From an uncultured Clostridia bacterium (lineage in GTDB: Bacteria > Bacillota > Clostridia > Christensenellales > UBA3700), in contig CAMXSN010000001.1 in NCBI GenBank assembly GCA_947246685.1, positions 273,643 through 337,642 on the forward strand: 64,000 bases of DNA, written 5' to 3'. The notes under the pieces were generated by a model. It ran no database searches. It saw only the letters and a list, made by a program, of their open reading frames with translations, and was not told the DNA's origin. A program made the position numbers and the translations under genes. Positions 41,420 to 51,806 of the stretch are shown here, in pieces (the stretch's first letter is position 1; the number at the start of each line of letters is the position of its first letter).

Positions 41420-41887
41420 TTATTTTTCGTTATTTTTGTCTTTAAGAATAGTATTGATTTCGCTCAACCAGCTCTCTATATCCTTAAATTCTCTATATAC
41501 GGCGGCAAATCTTACGTAAGCGACTTCGTCGATTTTCTTAAGCCCTTCCATAACGTATTCGCCTATCTGAGCAGAGGTAACCTCTTCGTTGAGATTGTTC
41601 TGTATCTTACGCTCGATATCCTCTACAAGTTTGTCCACCTGGAACATCGGCACAGGACGCTTTTCGCAAGCTCTGAGAATTCCCGCTTTGAGTTTAGCCG
41701 CCGAGAATTGCTGTCTTGCGCCTGATTTTTTGACAACCATAACGGGAGCCGTCTCAATCGTCTCATACGTCGTAAATCTCTTGCCGCAACTCATACATTC
41801 GCGTCTTCTTCTGATAGAAGTACCCTCTTCGTTCTGTCGGCTGTCGACAACTTTACTGTCTATGCATCCGCAATAATTGCATTTCAT
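41420..41887 (-). CDS. nrdR: Transcriptional repressor NrdR
   Basis: A zinc ribbon (MKCNYCGC...CMSCGKRFTTYE) plus an ATP-cone. Confidence 0.95.
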   Translation of the reverse strand: MKCNYCGCIDSKVVDSRQNEEGTSIRRRRECMSCGKRFTTYETIETAPVMVVKKSGARQQFSAAKLKAGILRACEKRPVPMFQVDKLVEDIERKIQNNLNEEVTSAQIGEYVMEGLKKIDEVAYVRFAAVYREFKDIESWLSEINTILKDKNNEK

Positions 41888-42005
41888 CGTTCATAACCTC
41901 CGCAAGATTATTCGTATTATAATTATAAAACAAATTTGCGGCTTTGTCTAATATTTTCGCGAATTTGATTTTCGCGCCGATATTTCAGTAGTTAGCGTTG
42001 CTCAA

Positions 42006-42272
42006 TCAACAATGGGGATTGACGGGAGCCACTTCTCCGTTGAGCTCGACCAAGATAGTGTCTTCGCCTATTTTTACGATGCAGCGCCACGGCACGAAAA
42101 TACTCTCGCCCGCAGAAAAGCTCTTCATGAACTTTTTCTCTCCCGGCACAACTATGCCCAGTATATGCCCGTGCGAATTAAAATTGATATCTATAATATG
42201 TCCTAGTTTTTTGCCGTCGCAAATATTTACGACAACCTTTTCTCTCAATACGCAAAACGATAAATCTGCCAT
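42006..42272 (-). CDS. ylmC: YlmC/YmxH family sporulation protein (PRC barrel)
   Basis: 88 aa containing VVNICDGKKLGHIIDINF. It follows sigG as in Bacillus. Confidence 0.85.
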   Translation of the reverse strand: MADLSFCVLREKVVVNICDGKKLGHIIDINFNSHGHILGIVVPGEKKFMKSFSAGESIFVPWRCIVKIGEDTILVELNGEVAPVNPHC

Positions 42273-42355
42273 ACTTTTCTCCTTCGTTAAATTTTATTCC
42301 GAAAAAGATAAAATATGACAGATTTTGTATCGTCCGATAAATTGGGGCTGTTAAA

Positions 42356-43123
42356 TCATAGACATTCTTTAATTTTGCTCAACGCATTTTTTTCTAGACG
42401 GCTTACCTGAGCTTGAGAAATTCCTATCTTGCGAGAGATCTCCATCTGCGTTCTGCCGGAGAAATATCTGAGCGTGAGCACTTCTTTTTCTCTGTCGGGT
42501 AAATCGGCTATCGCCTCTCTGAGCGCGAGATTGGTCGACCATGCTTCTTCGTTCTGTTTTGTGTCGCCAAGCTGTTCCATAAGCAGCAAGCCGTCCTCTC
42601 CATCGTTGTAGACGCACTCCTGCAAGGATATCGTTTCGCTGACCGCGTCAAGCGCGCACACCACTTCTCTGACGGGCACGTCGATTTCGTTTGCAATTTC
42701 CAGCATGGTCGGCGAGGTAGAATTTTTTAGTTCGAATTCCTCCTTTGCCTTCAACGCTTTGTATGCTATATCTCGCATGCTTCTGCTTACTTTTATTCCC
42801 GTGCCGTCCTTGATATAACGTCTTATTTCACCCGATATCATGGGTACTGCATACGTGGAAAATCTTACGTTGAATTTGCTGTCAAAGCCTTCGATGGCTT
42901 TCATCAGCCCGACTACTCCCACTTGAAATAAATCGTCGCTATTGGCGTTTCTGCCGGAAAATCTCTGCACCAAAGACAACACCAATCTCAAATTGGCAAT
43001 TACCAATTTGTCTTGAGCGTCGCGATCTCCCTCTTTTGTCTTTTTCAGCAGTTCTTCGCATTCGCTTTGAGTAAGTTTGGGCAAGCTTCGCGTATCGATA
43101 CCGTTTATCACAACCTTGTGCAT
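42356..43123 (-). CDS. sigG: Sporulation sigma factor SigG
   Basis: The start MHKVVINGIDTRSLPKL at 43123 has an AGGAGG SD. It contains DKLVIANLRLVLSLVQRF. The track ORF is extended by 21 aa. Confidence 0.9.
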   Translation of the reverse strand: MHKVVINGIDTRSLPKLTQSECEELLKKTKEGDRDAQDKLVIANLRLVLSLVQRFSGRNANSDDLFQVGVVGLMKAIEGFDSKFNVRFSTYAVPMISGEIRRYIKDGTGIKVSRSMRDIAYKALKAKEEFELKNSTSPTMLEIANEIDVPVREVVCALDAVSETISLQECVYNDGEDGLLLMEQLGDTKQNEEAWSTNLALREAIADLPDREKEVLTLRYFSGRTQMEISRKIGISQAQVSRLEKNALSKIKECL

Positions 43124-43211
43124 AAGCACCTCCTTCGTATATGTAAAGCGAGGCATTATAGTTGTGAGCAATAGTATTATTTGCAAAACAAAAACAATTA
43201 TTCAAAGAAAA

Positions 43212-43913
43212 TTATACCATTTTTGACATCTCCTTTTTGAGTTTGTTCATAACTTTCTTTTCAAGACGCGATATGTAAGATTGAGAAATACCGAACATAT
43301 CTGCGATTTCTTTCTGCGTTTTTTTAGGCGATCCGAGTATTCCGAAACGAAGTTTGACGATCTGTCTCTCTCTTGGATGCAACTTGTTGAACGAGGCGAT
43401 AAGTATTTCTCTCTCCACGTCGTTCTCCACGTCTTTGTATATAACGTCGCTTTCGGTGCCCAACACGTCGGAAAGCAAAAGTACGTTGCCCTCCCAGTCC
43501 ACGTTGAGCGGCTCGTCGAGCGACAGCTCGTTCCTCGTCTTGACAACTTTGCGCAGATGCATCAGTATCTCGTTCTCTATACAGCGGCTGGCATAAGTAG
43601 CCAGTTTGATCTGCTTGCTGTTGTCAAACGAATTTACAGCCTTGATAAGTCCTATCGTGCCTACCGAAATCAAATCCTCGATATCTACGTTGGTGTTTTC
43701 AAATTTTTTGGCTATATAGACCACAAGACGAAGATTGTGCTCGATGAGCGAACTTTTTGCCGCGCTGTCGCCTTCCATATATCGGTTGAGGAGTTCTTTC
43801 TCTTCTTCTTGCCCGAGCGGTCCGGGCAAAGCTTCTCCGCCGCCGATAAAATCCACGTTGCCGTCTTCCAAATTGAAAAATTTTGTAAACAATTTTTTAA
43901 TTTTTTCCCACAT
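43212..43913 (-). CDS. sigE: Sporulation sigma factor SigE (pro-sigma-E)
   Basis: The pro-sequence is followed by [21 protein letters not shown] and [15 protein letters not shown]. Confidence 0.92.
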   Translation of the reverse strand: MWEKIKKLFTKFFNLEDGNVDFIGGGEALPGPLGQEEEKELLNRYMEGDSAAKSSLIEHNLRLVVYIAKKFENTNVDIEDLISVGTIGLIKAVNSFDNSKQIKLATYASRCIENEILMHLRKVVKTRNELSLDEPLNVDWEGNVLLLSDVLGTESDVIYKDVENDVEREILIASFNKLHPRERQIVKLRFGILGSPKKTQKEIADMFGISQSYISRLEKKVMNKLKKEMSKMV

Positions 43914-43930
43914 ATTACCCTCCGTATTGT

Positions 43931-44704
43931 CTATAAATCGCAGTGTAAAACGGCTTTATATTCGCCTTTTATGCAGTCGGACACCGCCGCCATAACACCG
44001 TATATTTTCTCTTTGCCTTGTTCCATACGCAAGTAATCCAGCGAAATTACTTTGAGTTCTTTCATACCGCCGACCGTATCTATTCTGGCCTTGCTCCGTA
44101 TACCGTTCAACTCGTCCGAGTCGTAAAATTGCAACGCTATGCTACTGTCAATGATTATCGTAGGCATATTCTTGAAATACAACCTGTTGCCGCTGTCATA
44201 ATAGGCTTTACACGCTATTTCCTTGCCGTTCGCCGAAATTATTATTTGATTTTCATATCTGCTTTTTCTGCGCGCGAGGATTATATGTTTTTTTATAAGT
44301 TTAGCGGATAATATCAATATAAGCCCTGCAGCTCCGACAAAAAACGGTAGCAAAGAAGCCTTTCCCGCTATTAGATCGGAGGAGCAAAGTCCTTGCAGAC
44401 CTTGCGTAATTCCGCCCATTGCAAACGTTAACCCCAAAAATACGGCGCATACGGCAAGATAGCGTTTTAATCTGAATTTGCCAAGCGCTATCGCGCACAT
44501 GAGCGCGGATAGTATTATCTTAAAAATAAAAAAGTTGAGCAAGTCTACCAAAGGTAAAAATATAGCGTACAGCGTGCCGATTGCAGACGATATAAATATC
44601 AAAACGCCGTTGAGTTTTGCTCTGACGGCTTTGAGCGTCATCGTAAGCAATAGCGCATTTATCAGCAAATTATTGATTATTACGTACTCGATATATACCT
44701 GCAT
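43931..44704 (-). CDS. spoIIGA: Sigma-E processing aspartic protease SpoIIGA
   Basis: A polytopic N-terminus and a C-terminal YYDSGN / DTVGG region. The preferred start is the ATG at 44704 ([20 protein letters not shown]). The track uses a TTG at 44725. Confidence 0.85.
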   Translation of the reverse strand: MQVYIEYVIINNLLINALLLTMTLKAVRAKLNGVLIFISSAIGTLYAIFLPLVDLLNFFIFKIILSALMCAIALGKFRLKRYLAVCAVFLGLTFAMGGITQGLQGLCSSDLIAGKASLLPFFVGAAGLILILSAKLIKKHIILARRKSRYENQIIISANGKEIACKAYYDSGNRLYFKNMPTIIIDSSIALQFYDSDELNGIRSKARIDTVGGMKELKVISLDYLRMEQGKEKIYGVMAAVSDCIKGEYKAVLHCDL

Positions 44705-44710
44705 AGCCAA

Positions 44711-44716
44711 AGTATA
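44711..44716 (-). promoter_or_regulatory. -10 hexamer TATACT placed 6 nt before the spoIIGA ATG
   Basis: Minus strand: TATACT-ttggct-ATG, with no SD and no canonical -35. Confidence 0.35.
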
Positions 44717-44729
44717 AATCTCCAATAAT

Positions 44730-44763
44730 AAAAAAATGTTCCGTTCTTGTCGAACGAAACATT
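44730..44763 (-). terminator. Rho-independent terminator after ftsZ
   Basis: Minus strand: ATGTTTCGTTC-gacaa-GAACGGAACAT (one mismatch) followed by TTTTTTT. Confidence 0.65.
44748..44754 (+). promoter_or_regulatory. Spo0A-box heptamer TGTCGAA upstream of spoIIGA
   Basis: An exact 0A-box consensus, 31 nt upstream of the TATACT hexamer, inside the ftsZ terminator hairpin. Confidence 0.35.
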
Positions 44764-44785
44764 TTACGTTTAAGAATTATCTATG

Positions 44786-46009
44786 TCATCTGTTGTTCTT
44801 GTTTCTGCCGAGCAATCTCTTCATAAAAGATGGCGCTTCGGACGGAACGTCCTGTCTCGGCATAGACTCGATCCTAGTAGGTTGATTGGGTTGAGGGGGC
44901 GCGCTCGGTACCGGTCTTTGAGCGATCGGCGACGGCGACGCAGGTCTGTAATCCCCTCCCTCGGGCATTCTCTGCGGTCTCGCAACTTGCGGTTTGCCGA
45001 CCATACCCGAGAAATTATTTCTTGCGCCCGCATTTCCTAGATGCTGCTGCGGTTGAGGTCCGTCGGATTTGCAACCTGTGGCAATGATTGTGACGACGAC
45101 TTTATTCTTGATATTTTTGTCAAAGCTATGACCGAAAATATAATTTACGTCTTTTGCGACAAGTCCGGCAATAAATTCGTTTGCCTCTTCAATCTCTCTT
45201 ATGGTCACGTCGGCTCCTGTCTGAATGCTGAATATCAAACCCGTCGCTCCCGCTATGCTTGTGTTGAGAATATTGGCGTTGGCAGCCATCTTGACGGCTT
45301 TGAGCATTCTGTCGGAGGTATTGTCGCCTTCGCACTCGCCTATTCCCATATGCGAGTAGCCCTTGCCTTTCATTATAGTCTTGACGTCCGCAAAATCTAG
45401 GTTGACCAAACTGGGATAATTAATCAAATCGCTTATGCTCTTTATAGAATTTCTAAGTATTTCATTGGCTTTTGAATAAGCGTCAAGCATAAAAATATCC
45501 TTATCGTATTCAAGCAATCTTTGATTGGGAATAACGATAAGCGAATCAACGTACTTTTGAAGTTTGCCCATTCCCATATCGGCTAAAGCCATTTTATTTC
45601 TCTCAAAATTAAACGGCTTAGTCACGATAGCTATGATAAGCATATCGGGATTGAGCTCTCTTGCATACTTGGCTATTACCGGAGACGCGCCCGTGCCGGT
45701 GCCTCCGCCCATGCCCGCGACGATAAAAAGCAAATCCGTGTTCTCCAACATATCGGTAAGAGCTTTTCTGGATTCCTCAGCCGCTTTTTCACCTATTTCG
45801 GGTCTTGCGCCCGCGCCCTGTCCTCTAGTCAGTTCTATGCCTATCTGTATCCTTTTGTCTTCTTCGACTTTGGACATATTCAAATGCTGAAGGTCGGTAT
45901 TTACTACATAAAAATCAACGTCGGACACTCCGAAATCAATCATACTGTTGACCGTATTAGCTCCGCAGCCGCCTACTCCGACAACCTTAATTTTCGTAGC
46001 TGTTTGCAT
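44786..46009 (-). CDS. ftsZ: Cell division GTPase FtsZ
   Basis: Motif GMGGGTGTGASPVIA. It has a P/Q-rich C-terminal linker. Confidence 0.97.
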   Translation of the reverse strand: MQTATKIKVVGVGGCGANTVNSMIDFGVSDVDFYVVNTDLQHLNMSKVEEDKRIQIGIELTRGQGAGARPEIGEKAAEESRKALTDMLENTDLLFIVAGMGGGTGTGASPVIAKYARELNPDMLIIAIVTKPFNFERNKMALADMGMGKLQKYVDSLIVIPNQRLLEYDKDIFMLDAYSKANEILRNSIKSISDLINYPSLVNLDFADVKTIMKGKGYSHMGIGECEGDNTSDRMLKAVKMAANANILNTSIAGATGLIFSIQTGADVTIREIEEANEFIAGLVAKDVNYIFGHSFDKNIKNKVVVTIIATGCKSDGPQPQQHLGNAGARNNFSGMVGKPQVARPQRMPEGGDYRPASPSPIAQRPVPSAPPQPNQPTRIESMPRQDVPSEAPSFMKRLLGRNKNNR

Positions 46010-46026
46010 AAGTGTACCCTCCTGGT

Positions 46027-47214
46027 TTATCCGAATAGTTTTTCTAATAAACTGTTCTTTCTATTCATTTTTTCCGCAACTTCCAAGGTTGCGAACATAG
46101 ACGCGTAATAGGGCTTGTCCCATCCCGCGGTTGATCCGCCGAGAATATTTACTTCCCTAGCAAGCGCCCTCTCGAAATATTTGGATGCTCCGCGTATTTC
46201 CGTTATTCCGCCGCCCGTAAGATAAAACTCTGTGAGCAAATTGATCTCTCCCAACGGATTATTCTGTGCGGAACGCTCATTAGTCCCTTCGGATTTTTGC
46301 ATATCGACTATACAATAATTGACAAAATCAACCAAGTTATTGACTATCTGATAGTGCAAAAAGTTGTTTATTTCGCGGGCTTTGCACTCGAACTGTTTGC
46401 CTTCGCGCTCGTAATGATAGGTGCTCATAGCGTCGCTTTCGATATTGAGCGTTATCTGCGAGAGCATGTCGCGCGCAGTCTCGTAATCCACGCCGATTGC
46501 ATTCGCAAGCGCGTCTATCATATAACCTTGTCCAAAAGGAAAGTTTCGTTTGTATTTAACGCCGTCGCCCTTTATAAACGCAAAAGTCGTCGACGCATAT
46601 CCCACGTCAATCAAAACGCATCCGTTGGCTCTCGACTGCTCGTCTATCAGCTGAGTGCCTTCCGCCCATACTCCGTCGATAAATTTAACAAACTTAAATC
46701 CAATCGCGGTAGCTATGTCGCATAGCGTCTTAATGAAAGCTTCGTTGCAGAAAATATACGACATATCGGCATAAACCGTCTGCGCATCCTTACCTATCGG
46801 CGACATCGTGCGCGCGTCTGAATCGAGCACGTATTCTAATGCCGATGAACAAAGTAAGCTGTATCCGTTGACCTTGAAGCTCTCCGCTTTGTTGTGAATA
46901 TCGCGTATCAAAGACGGCGCAACCGTTCTCTTCTTGCCCAGATTAGACAGCATTCCGTGCGTCTTGACGTAAGTGAATTCGGAAGGAGTAGCAACGTAAA
47001 GCGTCTTGGTCTTGAAATCGAAATTGCTCTTGGATATAACGTTTAAGATATCAGACGGCAACGTCTCGGGAGAAACCCACTCCCCGTTGAAATACCCCGA
47101 ATAGTCCGACGTCGCGAAATTCTTGATGACAAAAGTCTCGTCGACAGACTTTACTCCGACGACAAAAGAGATCTTTCCCGAGCCAATGTCCAATACCGCG
47201 ATATCTTCTTTCAT
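46027..47214 (-). CDS. ftsA: Cell division protein FtsA (actin-like)
   Basis: N-terminus IAVLDIGSGKISFVVG, an LTGGG motif, and a C-terminal amphipathic tail NSLLEKLFG. Confidence 0.8.
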   Translation of the reverse strand: MKEDIAVLDIGSGKISFVVGVKSVDETFVIKNFATSDYSGYFNGEWVSPETLPSDILNVISKSNFDFKTKTLYVATPSEFTYVKTHGMLSNLGKKRTVAPSLIRDIHNKAESFKVNGYSLLCSSALEYVLDSDARTMSPIGKDAQTVYADMSYIFCNEAFIKTLCDIATAIGFKFVKFIDGVWAEGTQLIDEQSRANGCVLIDVGYASTTFAFIKGDGVKYKRNFPFGQGYMIDALANAIGVDYETARDMLSQITLNIESDAMSTYHYEREGKQFECKAREINNFLHYQIVNNLVDFVNYCIVDMQKSEGTNERSAQNNPLGEINLLTEFYLTGGGITEIRGASKYFERALAREVNILGGSTAGWDKPYYASMFATLEVAEKMNRKNSLLEKLFG

Positions 47215-47220
47215 AAATTT

Positions 47221-47249
47221 ATTATAATATTATAATATTATAAAGTCAA
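47221..47249 (-). promoter_or_regulatory. Sigma-A promoter placed for a leaderless ftsA mRNA
   Basis: Minus strand: TTGACT, 17 nt, TATAAT, 6 nt (aaattt), then ATG. No SD. Confidence 0.5.
47226..47239. repeat. 14-bp perfect palindrome AATATTATAATATT (copy 2 of 3)
   Basis: An exact string inside the spacer of the ftsA promoter. Confidence 0.9.
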
Positions 47250-47313
47250 TGCGAACGGATAAAATTTTACAGAAAATGCGAAAAATAAATAACAATAGGC
47301 AAAATTCGTCGAT

Positions 47314-48045
47314 TTACGACAAATTTTCCCAATCCCAACCGTCTTTCGACAGATAAATTCTGCCGCTGGTCTTACCTGTGTTGCTTGTATAATTAGCGTA
47401 ATACGAATAAGCGCCTATAACCGCATCGTCTACGTTTGCCGATATGGGAAGATATATCAAAACGCCCGTATTCGTAGAGGCAACGATATTCTCTTCGCCG
47501 ACGTCTATCTTTCTGAAAAACGCACAAAATCTGCCGTTGATAAACGAACACTTCTCCGCGCCCTTGATCATTGTCGGCAGAACTCCCGTATCAACGAGAG
47601 ATTTGCCGACCTGAGCGTCTTCTGCCGTTATGCCCGACAGCTGCGTAAGCGCGCCGTCGCCGACGGAATTGATATCTATGATTTTGAGTTCTCTGTCTAA
47701 AATCGCGTACCTTCCGTCGTCGAGTCGCAGTGAAAATACCGCCGTTCTGCGGGTAACGTAAATATGCACGTTATTGGGGAATTTGCGTTCGATGGAAATG
47801 ACCTTTATCGTAGGCATGGCGACTTCTATATTTTCTACGGCTATTTTTTCGTCTACTGCGAAAATATTATTGCCTTTTTTGATTCCGCTCAGCTCTACGA
47901 TCTTAGAACGCTCGTCGGACGCAAGCGTAATATCGCTGGTAGTATTGACTTCTACCTTACCTATCGAAAAAGTCACGCACAGCACAACGACAAGCACTAC
48001 TGCCGCCGCCAACGTCCCGAAAATGATCCAAAGTCTTTTGTGCAT
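47314..48045 (-). CDS. ftsQ: Cell division protein FtsQ/DivIB (POTRA)
   Basis: 243 aa, bitopic with an N-terminal TM helix, in the position before ftsA. Confidence 0.75.
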   Translation of the reverse strand: MHKRLWIIFGTLAAAVVLVVVLCVTFSIGKVEVNTTSDITLASDERSKIVELSGIKKGNNIFAVDEKIAVENIEVAMPTIKVISIERKFPNNVHIYVTRRTAVFSLRLDDGRYAILDRELKIIDINSVGDGALTQLSGITAEDAQVGKSLVDTGVLPTMIKGAEKCSFINGRFCAFFRKIDVGEENIVASTNTGVLIYLPISANVDDAVIGAYSYYANYTSNTGKTSGRIYLSKDGWDWENLS

Positions 48046-48050
48046 CTGCC

Positions 48051-49301
48051 TTATTCCCTTCTTATGTTTGCTCCTAAATTCGTCAAGTCGAAAGACATAT
48101 CCTCATAACCTCTGTCGATGTGGTGAATATCCTTCACGCACGTCTGACCGTCGGCGACAAGACCCGCCAATACCAAAGACGCTCCGCCCCTGAGATCGGT
48201 CGCGAGCACTTCGCTGCCGATGAGCTTTTTTACGCCTTTAATCACGGCTACTCTTCCCTTTATGGTGATGTCGGCGCCCAGCTTCTTCAACTCACCCGCC
48301 GTCTTAAAGCGAGTCTCGAAAATATTTTCTACAATTACGCTGGTGCCGTTGGATACAGTCTGCATCGCCATTATCTGAGATTGAAGGTCGGTAGGAAATC
48401 CCGGATAATACATAGTCTCTATACAATCCAGGCTTTTTTGTCTGCCCTTGCTCTTGATAAGTATTTTATCATTCTTTGCGCTTACTTTGCAAGTAGTTTT
48501 TGATAATTTGGAGATAAGCGACGAGATATGTTCGCTGTTGACGTTGCGAAGCTCCACGCTTCCGCCGCACATAGCCGCAGCTATCAGATAAGTGCCGGCG
48601 ACTATTCTGTCGGGAATAGGAGTATATTCAACTCCGTGAAGTTTATCAACGCCTTCTACTACTATAACGCTGCTGCCCGCGCCTTTAATTTTTGCGCCCA
48701 TGGCGTTGAGGAACTTCTGCAAGTCCACGATCTCAGGTTCTTTGGCGCAATTTCTTATCACGGTTCTGCCTTTGATAAACACGCTCGACATCATAAGATT
48801 TTCCGTTGCGCCCACGCTTGGCAAATCCAACACGATATCCGCAGCTTTGGAATTGAGCGAATTGCACATGATAAAACCGCCCTGTTCCTGAATGTCTATA
48901 TTAAGCTCTCTGAGTCCCGCAATATGTATATCTATCGGACGAAGTCCTATGTCGCAACCGCCGGGATAAGCGACTTTCGCTTTTTTGAGTCTCGACAGAA
49001 GCGAACCAAGCAAAAATACCGACGAGCGCAATTCTTTGGCAAGATAGCTTGGTATCTCCGAGTTGCATACTCCGCTGTTGTCGATCACTATATCTCTATC
49101 CTTGCGGATAATTTTGCTTCCCAGTCCTTCGAGTATCTTTATCATACTGTCCACGTCGCTTATGCGGGGACAATCGTGCAATACGGTTATTTCATCTGTC
49201 AAAATGCTACCGGCCAACAACGGAAGTATACTGTTTTTAGCGCCTCTGATATCTACCGTACCGTCCAGAGGTCGGCCGCCATTTATTATGTATTCTTTCA
49301 T
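48051..49301 (-). CDS. murA: UDP-N-acetylglucosamine 1-carboxyvinyltransferase
   Basis: N-terminus INGGRPLDGTVDIRGAKNS. The active-site Cys lies in YPGGCDIGLRPID. Confidence 0.95.
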   Translation of the reverse strand: MKEYIINGGRPLDGTVDIRGAKNSILPLLAGSILTDEITVLHDCPRISDVDSMIKILEGLGSKIIRKDRDIVIDNSGVCNSEIPSYLAKELRSSVFLLGSLLSRLKKAKVAYPGGCDIGLRPIDIHIAGLRELNIDIQEQGGFIMCNSLNSKAADIVLDLPSVGATENLMMSSVFIKGRTVIRNCAKEPEIVDLQKFLNAMGAKIKGAGSSVIVVEGVDKLHGVEYTPIPDRIVAGTYLIAAAMCGGSVELRNVNSEHISSLISKLSKTTCKVSAKNDKILIKSKGRQKSLDCIETMYYPGFPTDLQSQIMAMQTVSNGTSVIVENIFETRFKTAGELKKLGADITIKGRVAVIKGVKKLIGSEVLATDLRGGASLVLAGLVADGQTCVKDIHHIDRGYEDMSFDLTNLGANIRRE

Positions 49302-49358
49302 ATTTCTCTCCCATAAGTAATAAGCATAGGCATACCCCTCGCGGGATACGCTATTTTC

Positions 49359-50474
49359 TCAATACATTTTATGATTGAGATAACTCCGTTGTGCTTTTGA
49401 ACCGATATTCTCCAAAATGCCGACGCCCGTCATAAAACATACCAAAGACGTACCGCCGTTGCTTACAAACGGCAACGGGATTCCCGTGGGCGGAATACTG
49501 CCCGACACAACAGCCACGTTGAGCAGCGTTTGCGCGGCGATGACCGCCGTAATTCCCGCCGCCAGATAGCAATCAAATCTGCTTTCCGCTCTCAAAGCGA
49601 CTTTGATGCCGCAAATTATCATCACTATAAAAATCGAAAGTATTGCCGCGCAGCCGACCCATCCCAACTCTTCGCCTATCACAGATAAAATAAAGTCGCT
49701 CTCTGCAAAAGTCAAAAACAAATATTTCTGTCTGGAATTGAAAAGCCCCAGTCCGAACAGTCCGCCGCTGCCCAGCGCATAATAGGACTGTATCAACTGA
49801 TAACCTTCTCCCAACGGCGACGCCCAAGGATCTATAAACGCCATAAGCCGTTTAACTCTGTAAGGTTCGAGAAAAATTAATCCGACCACGCCCAATAGCA
49901 CCGGTATAGCCATTATCGCAAAATGTTTGATCCTGCAACCGCCTACGAACATCATTATCACGACCACTATGCCGACGCACATCGTTACCGACATATTCGG
50001 TTCCAACATGATAAGCACGCAGACGAGCGCGGTTGACAACAGCACGGGAATCATATTTTTGAACGTGAGAAGACTTTTTTTGTCAAGACAACCCGCGATA
50101 AATATTACAAGCGCAAATTTAGCGACGTCCGAAGGCTGCATAGTCGTAAATCCCAGATTAAGCCATCTTTTGGCGCCGTAATTTTCTACGCCGATTTTGG
50201 GCACGAACACCAACGCGAGCAAAACGCAGGCAATCCCGAGGAGAATATACCGCCACTTTCTCAGCCAATCGGTATTGAGAAATTTGACCGTATACATCGC
50301 AACAAGAGCAAACACGAGCGCTATCGCCTGCTTTTTGACGTAGTAAAAAGCATCTCCGAACTGAGACGCGGCTCCGTAACTGCTGGCGCTGTATTGCATT
50401 ACCAAACCGATAAGCGAAAGTAAAACCGCGCTCGCTATCAACATGCGGTTGTGAATTTTGAACTTGCTTGCCAT
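49359..50474 (-). CDS. ftsW: FtsW/SpoVE (SEDS) peptidoglycan polymerase
   Basis: About 10 TM helices and a PFVSNGGTS motif. The ATG at 50474 follows GAGAGG. Confidence 0.9.
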   Translation of the reverse strand: MASKFKIHNRMLIASAVLLSLIGLVMQYSASSYGAASQFGDAFYYVKKQAIALVFALVAMYTVKFLNTDWLRKWRYILLGIACVLLALVFVPKIGVENYGAKRWLNLGFTTMQPSDVAKFALVIFIAGCLDKKSLLTFKNMIPVLLSTALVCVLIMLEPNMSVTMCVGIVVVIMMFVGGCRIKHFAIMAIPVLLGVVGLIFLEPYRVKRLMAFIDPWASPLGEGYQLIQSYYALGSGGLFGLGLFNSRQKYLFLTFAESDFILSVIGEELGWVGCAAILSIFIVMIICGIKVALRAESRFDCYLAAGITAVIAAQTLLNVAVVSGSIPPTGIPLPFVSNGGTSLVCFMTGVGILENIGSKAQRSYLNHKMY

Positions 50475-50483
50475 ACTCACCTC

Positions 50484-51797
50484 TCAGCGTCTGAGAGACT
50501 CGACTATCATATCAAAGTGTTCGCCTCTCTCGACGTAGCTGGAATATCTGTCAAAACTTGACGTCGTCGGAGAAAACAAAATGTTTTTTACTGACTTTTC
50601 CTTGGCAAGTTCTACAGCTCGCTCCAATGACGAGGTAATCTCGAAAGTGTATTCGTGATAAGAAGGCAAAAATTGCATAATTGAATAGATATTGTCTCCC
50701 GTTGCGACAATATGTTTGACGCTGGGAGAAAGATTGGCGAAAAACCCTTCGTAAGATATTCCCTTGTCGTAACCGCCTATGATCAAAGACGTGTCTCCGC
50801 GCATAGAGTTGCAGGCTTTGAGCGTACTGTCGATATTCGTAGCTTTGGAATCGTTGAAAAAATCAACTCCGTCTACGTTGCCAATATACTCGTTGCGGTA
50901 TCTGGGAAGTTTGAAATTTTTGATTGCGGAAATTATGTACTCGTCTTTTACGCCTATAAGTTTGGCTGCGACGATAGCCGTCATCACGTTCTGATAATTG
51001 TAATCGCCTTTGAGCGGCACGTCATCAAGACTCATAAATTCATACTCTTCTTTGAAATTAAGCATTATCTTATCCTTGAGAATATACGCGCCTTTGACTT
51101 TATTTCTGATCGCGGTGAAATATACGTCTCCGTAGATACCGTCGCAAAAATCTCTGACAAGAGCGTCGTCATAATTGAGTATGGCGCTGTCTCCTATCCC
51201 CTGATTGATAAAAATATTGAATTTGGCCATTGCGTAATTTTGGATATTTCCGTGCCTTTCGAAATGGTCGGGCGTGACGTTGAGACAAGCCGCAACCGAC
51301 GGTCTGAAATCCTTGACGCTCTCCAACTGAAAAGACGACGCTTCGATTACCGCGACTTCGTCTTCGCCTATCTCGTCTACACGCGCGCAGAACGATTCGC
51401 CTATATTCCCCAACGCATAGGACTTTATCCCTCCGGCGTTGATCATCTCGTTGATAAGTTTTGTAGTTGTGGTCTTGCCGTTTGTTCCGGTAATAGCGAC
51501 AATCTTGCCTTTGCAGAATCTATACCCAAGCTCCAATTCGCCGATAACCGGTATATCTAGTTTCCGCGCATATTTGATCAGTCTGTGCGTTCCTTCGACG
51601 CTAGGACTGACAACTACCAAGTCTTTATTGGATAAAATCTCGAAATCTCCCAATCCGCTCGCATCAAACAATTCGGGATAATCCGACAAGTCCAAGCGCT
51701 CGTCCGAATAGACGCTTACGCTCGCTCCGTGATTGAGCAAAAGTTTTGCCGCGCCTTTTCCACTGACGCCGAAACCGATTATCAAAGCGTTTTTCAA
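50484..51797 (-). CDS. murD: UDP-N-acetylmuramoylalanine--D-glutamate ligase
   Basis: Motifs GFGVSGKGAA and GTNGKTTT. It starts at a TTG with an AGGAGGG SD. Confidence 0.94.
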   Translation of the reverse strand: MKNALIIGFGVSGKGAAKLLLNHGASVSVYSDERLDLSDYPELFDASGLGDFEILSNKDLVVVSPSVEGTHRLIKYARKLDIPVIGELELGYRFCKGKIVAITGTNGKTTTTKLINEMINAGGIKSYALGNIGESFCARVDEIGEDEVAVIEASSFQLESVKDFRPSVAACLNVTPDHFERHGNIQNYAMAKFNIFINQGIGDSAILNYDDALVRDFCDGIYGDVYFTAIRNKVKGAYILKDKIMLNFKEEYEFMSLDDVPLKGDYNYQNVMTAIVAAKLIGVKDEYIISAIKNFKLPRYRNEYIGNVDGVDFFNDSKATNIDSTLKACNSMRGDTSLIIGGYDKGISYEGFFANLSPSVKHIVATGDNIYSIMQFLPSYHEYTFEITSSLERAVELAKEKSVKNILFSPTTSSFDRYSSYVERGEHFDMIVESLRR

Positions 51798-51806
51798 TGT
51801 TCCCTC

